From Eledone cirrhosa (lineage: Eukaryota): a stretch of DNA of 64,000 nucleotides. Of this stretch, positions 10,211 to 21,284 are shown in pieces; within the stretch, counting starts at the first letter, position 1, and each line of letters starts with the position of its first letter. The translations under genes and the position numbers were made by a program. The stretch is taken from contig OZ024754.1 in the NCBI GenBank assembly GCA_964016885.1, positions 26,598,001 through 26,662,000 on the forward strand, written 5' to 3'. The notes under the pieces are model-generated. The model did not search any database. It was not told where the DNA came from and saw only the letters and a program-made list of their open reading frames with translations.

Positions 10211-12595
10211 TCACGGAGGTTTGAATCTTATGAATTTAGTGGCTATTCTATGTCTGCAGAAGATAGATCTTTCTAACTTATTATTAAGTAGCCTTTTAAC
10301 ATTTCTAAGGATATACAATAGCTCAAGATCACACAGCCCGCAATAGGACATACCTGTACTATAGGTTTTAGCAGCCGACAACTTCGACCAGTTGATAGTG
10401 TAGCTAGCGTTGCTGTCCTTCAATTCCCATATTTTTCTGGCGAGGGTGGTGGAACCCATAAGTGCTCGGTTTTTCATTGAGTGCCTGTGCACATACCATC
10501 TTTTCTTAAAAGAACCCGCGGTGGATCCTATGTAATTCCAGGTGGAGTTACCCGAGATGACAGTGCACATGTACACCAGGCTCGAATCGAGACATCTGTT
10601 CGCCAATGGGCACCTATCTGGGAGGTGACAGTTGCAGTTTGAGGCGCTATTTTGTGCAGCTTTTACATTCCTATTTAGTACCCTGTTATAAGTGGGTTGT
10701 GATATATGCCCAATGGGGTTTTGCTGCTGCGCGTTTGTATGCGCTTGTGGTTGTGATGTTGTGATGAGTTTGTGCTTATGTATAGGTGCAATTGATTTAC
10801 TTGAGATATTTCTGTGGTTGATCTTGCGTATGTGTGATTCTATGTTAGCTGCTGTTGAGAAAGAGAGTTTTATAGTAGATCTATTGAGTATTTTGTGATA
10901 TCTATGCGAGATAGGGAAGTGTTTATCTATTAGTTTAAAGAATATAGAGGGCAGTCTAGTTTTTATAGAGGAGTTGAATATTGGGTTGAACCATAGGTAT
11001 TTTCTTTGTCTGTTTCTTCTATTGTTTCTAGGGTTTACGTTATTAGTGTTTTGGCCGTTTACTCTAGGTGTTACATGTCTAACCCTATGTCTAGTCAAGC
11101 TATTCCTATTATTATGTGAGCGGTTGGAGTAGAAATTACTAGGATTGTCTATGTTGTCCTTATTCACTATATACTGTAGTTTATCTTTATGACCGGCCCT
11201 ACTTAATGCTGCATTATAATAGTCAGCATGCTCGTTAAAGATTTCTAGGTTTGAGGATAGGCGGGATATTCGGAGGGATATACTACGTGCTATGAATTTT
11301 ATAATGTATTTGGGGTGATTTGAGTTGTAACTAATGTAGGCAAGATTTTCATTATTTTTGTGGAAAGGTTCTATTAATCCAGTATTTAGATTTAGAGTTA
11401 CATCTAAAAAATTTACCTTCTTATGGTTTAGTTCGTAGGTAATACTTAGGCCTAGTTTTTTGAAGAATATTCTAATATTTTTCCTTAGTCTTTCCATGCT
11501 CTGGTTGTTTAGGTTCCTAGCTATAAGTAACGTGTCGTCCCTATAAATTCCTCCTTGGAGGTTACTGAATTCCTTATGTAGGTTGTGTGCTATGAATAGC
11601 CCCACGATATCTGTAATTTGCGCAGAATCATTTGATCCCATTGTAATATCGAAGCTATTTATTCTATCCTTTCTTACCCAGTAGTTATTTTCAAATTTTA
11701 CGATAGTCCTTCTAGCCGCTATTATTATTTCAATTTCATCATGGGTAAGATCAGAGTTATTTTGGGCAAATATAAGCGCCTTATCTAGGGTAGCTGGGGA
11801 TATGGATGCATAATAGTCGTCTATATCAAATTGTATGAAGTTACACGTCTCCCTATTTTGTATTTTATTGAACCATTTAATTGCCTCGTTAGTGTTGCCC
11901 CATAAATTGATTTCTAGTTTACCCTTTATTTGTGCGATTACCCTATCTAGAATGTTTTTGCTAATTTTACCTATGTCTGACTTGGATGGGCATATTAATC
12001 TAATGGTGGGATTAGTTTCAAAGTTATTTTTGTGATCTTTCAGGTTAAATGTAGGGTTGCACGGGGTAAGCGGTTCGGTCCTATCTGAAATTCCGAGTTT
12101 ATTAACTATCTTGAGGCCCTCCATGTTTATGCTGGTGAGTGTAGATTCATTTGTTTTTTTATATTTTTTATGTAGTTCACGCTGAATAAAGTTATTGTAT
12201 GTGTTAATGTCCATAGGGTATACGTTTGATGTTTTGTCTGCTTTTACTATGATACCGTTAGTGTCTTTTAGTTTTTTAAGTAATGTATTTAAGTCATTTT
12301 GCAATTTGTTGTGATTTGTTCTTTTTTTAAATTTAGTTTCACTTATCATGTTCATAAGGTCCAGCTCGAAGGCATCGAGTGCGGGGTTGTTTGGCGGGTT
12401 TTTGCAGGATTTAAACCCGTAATTCTCCTTGGAAAATTCCCTTCTGTTGGTATTCGGTCCCTTATCGAAATGGTAAGCTTTCCATCGGACCCTGCGGATG
12501 AAATCATTAGTCCGTCGTATCATGCCCAGTGTATAGTCCTTTTTTGTAGGTACAGGTATGTTTTTTAGTGACATACCTATACAGTGCTTCTCCAT
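10211..12595 (-). CDS. PLE polyprotein: reverse transcriptase + C-terminal GIY-YIG endonuclease (794 aa; possibly Naiad-like)
   Basis: KADKT, QFDIDDYYASI, TMGSNDSAQ, GIYRDD, FLDVTL, CNC..CPL..C linker, LVYMC..NYIGST..FKKRW..H, CGLCDLE, CRH. Uninterrupted. Confidence 0.93.
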   Translation of the reverse strand: MEKHCIGMSLKNIPVPTKKDYTLGMIRRTNDFIRRVRWKAYHFDKGPNTNRREFSKENYGFKSCKNPPNNPALDAFELDLMNMISETKFKKRTNHNKLQNDLNTLLKKLKDTNGIIVKADKTSNVYPMDINTYNNFIQRELHKKYKKTNESTLTSINMEGLKIVNKLGISDRTEPLTPCNPTFNLKDHKNNFETNPTIRLICPSKSDIGKISKNILDRVIAQIKGKLEINLWGNTNEAIKWFNKIQNRETCNFIQFDIDDYYASISPATLDKALIFAQNNSDLTHDEIEIIIAARRTIVKFENNYWVRKDRINSFDITMGSNDSAQITDIVGLFIAHNLHKEFSNLQGGIYRDDTLLIARNLNNQSMERLRKNIRIFFKKLGLSITYELNHKKVNFLDVTLNLNTGLIEPFHKNNENLAYISYNSNHPKYIIKFIARSISLRISRLSSNLEIFNEHADYYNAALSRAGHKDKLQYIVNKDNIDNPSNFYSNRSHNNRNSLTRHRVRHVTPRVNGQNTNNVNPRNNRRNRQRKYLWFNPIFNSSIKTRLPSIFFKLIDKHFPISHRYHKILNRSTIKLSFSTAANIESHIRKINHRNISSKSIAPIHKHKLITTSQPQAHTNAQQQNPIGHISQPTYNRVLNRNVKAAQNSASNCNCHLPDRCPLANRCLDSSLVYMCTVISGNSTWNYIGSTAGSFKKRWYVHRHSMKNRALMGSTTLARKIWELKDSNASYTINWSKLSAAKTYSTGMSYCGLCDLELLYILRNVKRLLNNKLERSIFCRHRIATKFIRFKPP

Positions 12596-13134
12596 GTTGT
12601 TGCCGTGCGTTAATGGTGTTGCTCGACCAGGTGGGAGCTAAATATACGGATTAACAAATAATAGTTAAATGCAGTCCACTTAGGTGAAGTCCAGTTATGG
12701 TATTCCAGGTAGTGAATGATATTAACGCTTGGCTTGGTTTGACTCAACAAGGCGTTTTCATAGTGATGCTGCGGGTATGCTGTAATTCCTATGTTGTAAA
12801 CACTTGGAGTAATAATAAATCAGGAAAGAAGGTTTACATGGTTTGCTATACAAAAAAGTTTTTAATCACATAGCTTACATTTGTTTCACTGAGCTGGTAT
12901 GTCTAGAGATCGCTATCCGCCTAATTTTGCGTCACTCGATCGCCAATACAGAATTATAACCAGTCAGATCTTCGGAGCATGCGAGAATGAAGAAAATACA
13001 CTCTGTATTGGCGATCGAGTGACGCAAAATTAGGCGGATAGCGATCTCTAGACATACCAGCTCAGTGAAACAAATGTAAGCTATGTGATTAAAAACTTTT
13101 TTTGTATAGCAAACCATGTAAACCTTCTTTCCTG

Positions 13135-13215
<81 letters not shown>

Positions 13216-13261
13216 TACATATATATATATAGCCATCTGGTTCCTTGACACACTTCCTTCG

Positions 13262-13368
<107 letters not shown>

Positions 13369-13420
13369 TATATATATATATATATAAATATATATATATA
13401 CATATCTATATATATATATA

Positions 13421-14074
13421 TAACGAAGGAAGTGTGGCAAGGAACCAGATGGTTATATATTACCATGCTAAAAATTCTAATTTACTCCAGAAATAGCCGT
13501 CGAAACGGCTTGAGCTCTGCCCTCGGGGTCTTGAACATTTTCCCATACATATATATATCTACATATATATATATATTTATATATAAACGTTTGTATATGT
13601 ATAATAAAGCCAAAACAATGCAGGTATGGACATAGAATAAAGAATGCAAATGCAAAAGATATTGTTGACAATTAGTCTTTTACCTTAAATTTATTTAAAT
13701 GTCCTTAATTTTCGAAATAATATCTCTTCTTCAGAGGGAAGTAAAGCTGTCAAACCAGTGTTCTAAATAGATTGCCAAGTCATGCTGACAGGAAATGGTA
13801 TAGAGTATCTGTTCTATCTCTAATGTCAAAGAGTGTGGATAAAGAGTAGTCTCCCTTTAAAAGGGGTTTGTTTTTGTTGTTTTTTGGTTTTATTATACAT
13901 GCCTGTTTAAGTGTGTGGGAGAATGCATGAAGGTGTAAGTATGTGAGTGTGTGTGTGTGAGTGTCAGAAGATATGTCTATACGTAAATGTGGGGGATAGA
14001 TGTTATCTCGTGTTAGAACTGGTTTTGTGTGTGTATGTGTGAGAGAGGATAAGTGGAGGTGTAAGCGCGCGCGC

Positions 14075-14147
<73 letters not shown>

Positions 14148-14750
14148 CATGTGTGCATGTGTAAATATGGGGCTAGAAGCTATATCAAGTTATAAATTGG
14201 GTGTTGAGTTCTAGTCTATTATTGATTGGTGGTTGTGTTTTGTCTATAATTAGTGCTTCCTTAATTCTAAGATTGCCGAGGTTTCTTTCCTTAGTTTCTA
14301 TCCTAACTGTTATGGTTTTGTCGGTGTTTTTGCATTTAACTAGGTGTTTCTTAAATGAGGAAGCGTTAGTATTGAGGTGTTCTTTTATTCTTATGTGGAG
14401 TGGTCTGGTGGTGCTACCTACGTAGAAGTTGTTGCATTTGTCGCACTCTAGTCTGTATACGACGTAAGCCTGGTGGCATAGGTCTGTGTCGTTGATGGGG
14501 CAGTTGGCTAGTCTGCAGCAGTTGTCATGTCTGGTGGAGTGTCTTTTGGTTAGCTGTCCGCGTAGAGAAGGACCTGAGTGGGCCAGTTGGATATCTAGTC
14601 CCTCTCGTCTGATAGCTCTGCGGATGGCTGTTGTTGTTTCTTCACTGAAGTGTGGGAGCTTCAGGAAGCAAGTGTTAGTTCCTCGGGTGTGGTGTCCTCT
14701 GTTCTTTCTGGCACGGTTTGTGGTGGATGTCGTGTATCCGTTCAGTTTAA
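13421..14750 (-). mobile_element. 5'-truncated PLE of a second family: GIY-YIG end plus 3' UTR/pseudo-LTR
   Basis: ORF 14185..14805 contains VVYRLECDKCNNFYVGSTTRPLHIRIKEH and LRIKEALII. (TA)n at both ends. Hammerhead-like CTGAAGA..GAAA on the minus strand at 13701-13740. Confidence 0.85.
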
Positions 14751-14922
14751 TATATATATATATTATTATATAGATTGAGAGTATATGTTGGTTGTATACG
14801 AACACTTCAGTATGCAGATTGGAGCACTCGACGAAGTGCGCAGGTTGGTTTGGTTACTCCGGAGTAATGTAAAATAAAATAAAATAAATAAGTCAAATGT
14901 TTAAAATTTAGCTTCGTTTATT

Positions 14923-14977
14923 ACTGCTATATATATTTCGGTGACAGCCATCTTTGGCTGTGACCTCTTCAGGCAGT
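14923..14977 (-). ncRNA. Minimal type I hammerhead ribozyme
   Basis: actgc-CTGAAGA-[ggtcacagcca aaga tggctgtcacc]-GAAA-tatata-TA-gcagt. Perfect 5-bp stem I, 10/11-bp stem II, palindromic stem III. Confidence 0.8.
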
Positions 14978-15620
14978 CCGAATTAGTGTGGTATAGACAA
15001 GTACATATGTTGTTGAGGTGTATAACCTTGTCAATACTCTGATATCCCCAGTTCCTGGTTGGGTTGTTATTTCACTGAGGAACTGGAATCATATGAATTC
15101 AAACAAACGAATTTCAGTGTCAAAGGGCCTCTTCTCCTCTCATTGGTCAGTTGTTAGAACATTCCTCATTCAAAAGTCTATTTCTATAGTCGTAGTAAAA
15201 AATACGCTTCAAAAATCATCTGCCCTTCATTTGCCCCCACCACCTTGTGTTTTCTCCACATTAATTCGTTCTAATGAATGTGACTTGAATAAAAAAAATA
15301 TATTATATAAGGAAATAAATTTTACATGATCAGAAATTATTTCTTATCTTCGCCTTCTTTAATCCTTCATATATTCAATTTAACTTTTATTAATTTACCT
15401 TTTTTTGTCATTCAACTTTTGTTTTATATTTTTGATTCATTTATCTTTCATTACTATTTTCATTCAATTTTTCCCCTTAGGCATCAATTTTTTAAATTCT
15501 AAATTAACGTTGGATTTACAAAATTACCAACATGATGAAAAACAACATTTTTTAGAAGAAAAAAAAGGGTATTTAAAAAAAGATGTTCAATCATTTTATA
15601 CACTTATTTTATTTCATATA

Positions 15621-15930
<310 letters not shown>

Positions 15931-15944
15931 TTATAAGCTTAGTA

Positions 15945-16120
15945 AATAATTGTTTCTACTTTTGGCACAAGGCCAGCAATTACCCAGTACATTACTGGTA
16001 CTTTATTTTATCGACCCCGTATGGATGAAAGTTAACCTCGGCGGGATTTGAACTCAGACCATAAAGGGACGTAACTATTCTGGAAAGCATGGCGTTCGAC
16101 CTTCTACCGATACTGCCAAT
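15945..16120 (-). mobile_element. tRNA-derived SINE (family A)
   Basis: Reverse complement of the 17281-17475 copy; B-box gagttcaaatccc. Confidence 0.85.
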
Positions 16121-16145
16121 TCACAATAATGTTGTTTTTTATGAC

Positions 16146-16225
16146 TTCCTTCTTCTTCTTCTTCTTCTTCTTCTTCTTCTTCTTCTTCTTCTTCTTCTTC
16201 TTCTTCTTCTTCTTCTTCTTCTTCT
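16146..16225. repeat. (TTC)n microsatellite
   Basis: Direct reading. Confidence 0.95.
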
Positions 16226-16344
16226 AATTGGGTGATAGTTCTATTGCTATAACTTCTAATAGTGAAATTTGTATCGCAAGAAATAATCATAGAATATATA
16301 AAAATTATAATCCCTAGATAATAAGTTTGTTTCTTGTCTTTATC

Positions 16345-16389
<45 letters not shown>

Positions 16390-16459
16390 TGTGCCGACTT
16401 TAATCCATTACTGCAGATAAAATAAGATTAAACAACATAGGTGAAATTTTATTTAAGGT

Positions 16460-16920
16460 GTAAACATAGCTGTATTGTTTAGAAAACTTGTCAAACACGT
16501 GGCTATACATTCGATCCCACTGCACGACATATTAGTTTTCGGCGATCAGTGTTCCAGTTGTTTGATAACCATAATAGACTACTCGTGAAAATACTGCAAC
16601 ATGCAAGTGACTGAGCATTCCACAGATTCAAATATACACAATGTCAATTCTAAAGGAGGAAATTCAGCATGGTACAGCGTGTGACAAAGCCGGCTCTTTG
16701 ATTTACAAATAAAGTCAATCTTGCATTCCACTGGCACGAGTGGCTTTAACATAATTTTCTTGGAGCTTCAGTGTCACACATAATGTGTAATAAGGCTAGT
16801 TATATAAACTAGATGTACAGTTCATCCGACGGGCTACCAAACAATTTATAACGACCAAATTACCCTCACAAGGCCGAAAATTCCAAGCCGTAGGATAGAA
16901 CCTGTGATATTATGATTTAT
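16460..16920. mobile_element. Degenerate SINE family B fragments
   Basis: gttccagttg..gat, ctcgtgaaa, gcaagtgactgagcattccacaga, gtgtgacaaag are shared with 33950-34110. Confidence 0.45.
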
Positions 16921-16936
16921 TCGCGTATTTCTAAAC

Positions 16937-17100
16937 CAGTTATAGGCAAACTACGGCCCACGAGCATCATGCGGCCCATTTGGCTCTCTGAATGGCACGA
17001 TTAATTTCAAAATTGCCTTGATTTTTTTAGTAATGAAGCTCACCGTACGATGAGCCAGATCCTATGCGGCTCACTGCTCGAAAAAGGTTACCTATGCCTG
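16937..17100. mobile_element. hAT-family MITE with 8-bp target-site duplication
   Basis: TTCTAAAC at 16929-16936 and 17101-17108. Imperfect TIRs cagttataggcaaac / ggttacctatgcctg. Confidence 0.8.
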
Positions 17101-17280
17101 TTCTAAACCATTCAGCCATATTACGCCCACTGATGATCAGTAAACTAAGTAGAGATTATCACCTTTTCTACTGACTTATGTTAGTACCGATATGGTTATT
17201 GGTTTACTCCAGCTCAACCCTGATCCAGTAAACCCACAGATAAAGATATTCCAACCAGAACCATTCTTTATTATATTCTA

Positions 17281-17475
17281 GGGCGGTGGTTTAGCAGTAT
17301 CGGTAGAGCGTCAACACCATGCTTTGCAGCATAGAGTTACGGCCCTTGCCATTCTGAGTTCAAATCCCGCCGAGGTTAACTCTGCCTTTCATCCTTACAG
17401 AGTCGATAAAATAAAGTACCAGTAATGTACTGGGTAATTGCTGGCCTTGTGCGAAAAGTAGAAACAATTATTAAT
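17281..17475 (+). mobile_element. tRNA-derived SINE (family A), full length
   Basis: A-box-like tagcagtatcgg and B-box gagttcaaatccc. Four related copies in the window (15945, 17281, 17586, 56940). Confidence 0.85.
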
Positions 17476-17499
17476 ATCTAAATTCAATAACCTATTTAT

Positions 17500-17575
17500 C
17501 ACTGTTTCTCGCGGAACCCCTAGTGACCTCTTGCGGCACCCTAGACTTTCGGGGAACACCGGCTGAGAAACACTG
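17500..17575. mobile_element. Small hAT-like MITE remnant
   Basis: Termini cactgtttctc ... gagaaacactg. Confidence 0.45.
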
Positions 17576-17585
17576 CACCAAAATA

Positions 17586-17690
17586 TCCGCCAAGGTTAAC
17601 TTTGCCTTTCATCCTTACGGGGTCGATAAAATGAAGTACCAGTAATGTACTGGGTAATTGCTAGCCTTGTGTTAAAAGTAGAAACAATCA
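17586..17690 (+). mobile_element. SINE family A, 3' half
   Basis: Near-copy of 17366-17470. Confidence 0.8.
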
Positions 17691-18308
17691 TATTCTCAGG
17701 TAGAATGAATCTAAGAGTACATCATTCAATATGTTCTTTCTCTTTTATGGTGTTAGTATAGGATTGTGAGAGAAATGGGTTGTGGTATATCTCGCAGATC
17801 AGTTCGAAGGACGGTGTATAGCTTCTCGTATTATATTGTCTGATTTCCGGTAAACTGTAGATCGACACGACTATCGATTTCCGGTAAACTATCGATAGAT
17901 TCGGCTAACCACCATTTCCCCGGAAAACGAAGATCACATGACTTAAACAAATGAAATGTGAATAATAGGAGCAATCTTGCAAATAAGGCAATTATTAAAC
18001 AGAACTAAAATGACAGCGGATGTAATGTCATTATTTTTATATTCAAGATATTAATGGACCATATCAGATGGCACGTTTCATTTTGAAATAATTTACATTT
18101 TAATGTATAAATGTTATTTTGTTTGGAATCACAGAATAAGGGAATAAGAGTATAACAGTATCACTGTATGCGTAAAACTAACACCATTTATCGTACAACG
18201 GAAATTGTGATTAAAAATAGTAAATGGCGGAAGTAGATCATGAATATATGTAACTACACAAGAGCTGATATTATAAACACATAAAGTATATAAATTATTC
18301 GATATATA

Positions 18309-18454
<146 letters not shown>

Positions 18455-18614
18455 TATATATATATATATAGATATAGATATATAGATATGTATATATCAC
18501 CAGAGCACTACCAAAACCAGTGACAATTTTTCATACCCTACAAATATTGCTACACACTTGAAAAAGGCTTGGTGAACACACAAGCAGAAACCGCTTGGAA
18601 CTGCGGTCGGGATA

Positions 18615-18672
<58 letters not shown>

Positions 18673-18675
18673 CAA

Positions 18676-18746
<71 letters not shown>

Positions 18747-19035
18747 TGATGTTGTCTGTGTGTGTGTCCTGATTTTTGAAAAGTCTATAAAAATCCACAT
18801 TTCTACTCCGATTTTCAAACTTCGATTTATATATTCCTTGCGGTCTAAATATACTAACTGGTGCTTTTATTTTCCAATTTTCCGTTGTTAAAGGGGTGTT
18901 AGGCGCCGGTTATCGATCTCCGTCGAGCCCTTATAATATCTCTCTGTTTGCCTGGCTGTCTATATAACGACATTCTGATGAACACGTCATTGCTGACGTA
19001 TTATCTTCGCTACATTCACACACACACACACGCAC

Positions 19036-19110
<75 letters not shown>

Positions 19111-19226
19111 TACTTATATATACATATATAAATATATATACATATATATACACATATATACATATACACACACATATATACACATATACATATACACATA
19201 TATAAATATATACATAAAAATATATG

Positions 19227-19271
<45 letters not shown>

Positions 19272-19274
19272 CTA

Positions 19275-20020
19275 TCTAACGCGGGTAAAATTCCCGAGAT
19301 CCATGGACGAGTTCTCTCCAGCGGTCTCTGTCCCTCATTATCGCTGCCATGTCCTGCGTCTCCAACAGACCAGTGTCTGTCCTTAGGGCATCAACATACG
19401 TTAACCTTGGTCTTCCTCTTCTACGGCCACTACTTTATATCCATGTAGGAGAACCCCTACCGATGCGCTGAACGAGTGTGACTTTTTAGTCTAGCCAGCG
19501 ACTTGAAAACTCTGGTACAAACACTACACTTGTGACAATTATTGACACATAGTGCTGGGCCCATGGTACCATGTGGGCCCATGGTACCAAGTGCAGAGAG
19601 ATCTCCAGATATAAAGTAATGACTGCCGTAAAGCTTTTATAGTGAGCAAAGGCACTGCACAAAGCCAGTCCCACTCTCTTAGCCAAGATGATATTTACCA
19701 AAAAGAAGAACAAGTCAACATCATTGGATACCTTCAGGGTTGCAGGTGTTATATCAGAGTTTTCCTTCTTCTAGAATTCTGCCTTGACAAAGGCTAAGGG
19801 GTCATCTCTCCCGGTGATTTTGGATGGTCATTGACTCTTAAGAGCTCCTTTGCCCTTTGACAGGTTTTGTTTTTAGTCCTTTAGGATGTCCAAAGTCACC
19901 CCCCCCCCCCCTCACCAAGAAACCTAGGTGGGGTTGCCAGTTTAGTCGCCAACGACCCGACCATGAGACAGGTTGTACTGGGATACATGTTACCAGTAGC
20001 ACCAACTGGTGACCTGACAT
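19275..20020 (-). mobile_element. Internally deleted (bipartite) non-autonomous RTE-type element: putative 5' region fused to the ORF C-terminus
   Basis: Minus strand 19275-19430 translates [41 protein letters not shown], typical of an RTE C-terminus. 19422-20020 is shared with 48488-49070. Confidence 0.7.
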
Positions 20021-20620
20021 ATGTATGTATATATATATACATACATACATACACACACATATGCATACATACACACATACATATATATATATATGTATCT
20101 GTGTATTATAATTTAGAGTTTTCACTCAGGAGTCAAATACAATTATTAAGCTCTAAGAAATACTTCTGAGCATTACAGTACAATTTAATATAAAATTATG
20201 ATCAACACTAATGTGTTTCTTTTTGCAAATTGACAATAATTTAGCCAGATAGAAATACCTTAATTCAAGTACATATAGACCGCCTGTATCGATCTAAAAA
20301 ATAATAAATCTATACTTACAGACGTATAATGGCAACTGCCCTGGTGCCTAGACAAGTTTAAATTTCAAAATTGAAACCTTTTCAGCAGATCAGTCCGAAC
20401 TTCAAAAAATAAACCTGTTTCACAAAGGATGGTATACTAATGAAATAATTAATTGATTATGGAATAACTATTTATGAAATAATTATTAGTGAAATAATCA
20501 ATTTTCTGTGATTCTCAATAGGCACCCAGATAAATTAGAGTTACTTCACCTAGGATAAATATCTTAGGACTGGTCTGTCGCATGCCAAATACATGTATCT
20601 GTGTGTATATATATATATAT

Positions 20621-21106
20621 GCAAAAGTTTTATTTAAAATTGTTGGGTTACAACAAGTAAATATTTTATAACTGATATAAAGCACTCGACAAGTTTTGGA
20701 GTAGATATACGATATTAAACAAATGGAAACTATATTTATAAAACCATATTTATTTCATTATACATATTTCGGGGATACCATATTAAAAATATGGCATGCC
20801 TTCTTCAGATAATATACAATATATAAACAGTTTTATAAATAATTTTGACGCACCATAAATATTGAGCAACCGTTATGTAAGAAGCCGGCTTCTTACATAA
20901 CGGCTTCTTACATAACGGCTTCTTACAAACCAGCTTCTTACATAACGGTTGCTCAATATTTATGGTACGTCAAAATTATTTATAAAACTGTTTATATATT
21001 GTATTTTATCTGAAGAAGGCATGCGTTTTTTTAATATGGTATCCCCGAAATATGTATAATGAAATAAATATGGTTTTATAAATATAGTTTCCATTTGTTT
21101 AATATC

Positions 21107-21112
<6 letters not shown>
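20621..21112. mobile_element. Non-coding fold-back element in (TA)n with hammerhead-like motifs; probable PLE remnant
   Basis: 20705-20886 is inverted relative to 20932-21112. CTGAAGA..stem..CGAAAtatgTA at 20756-20815 (-) and 21003-21061 (+). Four 15-nt repeats at the centre. Confidence 0.8.
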
Positions 21113-21201
<89 letters not shown>

Positions 21202-21203
21202 CA

Positions 21204-21280
<77 letters not shown>

Positions 21281-21284
<4 letters not shown>

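Larger units (their letters stand above)
9143..13140 (-). mobile_element. Apparently complete Penelope-like retroelement with direct pseudo-LTRs and a 5' inverted segment
   Basis: Direct repeat 9143-9499 / 12644-13000. 13002-13140 is the reverse complement of ~12815-12952. One long ORF lies between the repeats; (TA)n on both sides. Confidence 0.93.

Noticed and set aside
10196-10213. Selenocysteine read-through of the PLE ORF (reported for some Naiad PLEs)
   Set aside because: No internal TGA. The terminal TGA is followed by TAA after four more codons and falls after the conserved C-terminal motif.
9143-13000. LTR retrotransposon (direct repeats flanking an RT ORF)
   Set aside because: No TG..CA ends, PBS, gag or integrase; the RT and GIY-YIG motifs identify a Penelope-like element.
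17281-17370. tRNA gene
   Set aside because: A/B boxes are present but there is no cloverleaf; it is the head of a multi-copy SINE.
20319-20346. Possible minus-strand micro-exons (also ~50370-50384) bounded by AG/GTAAGT
   Set aside because: Too short to distinguish from chance without transcript data; no recognisable protein.
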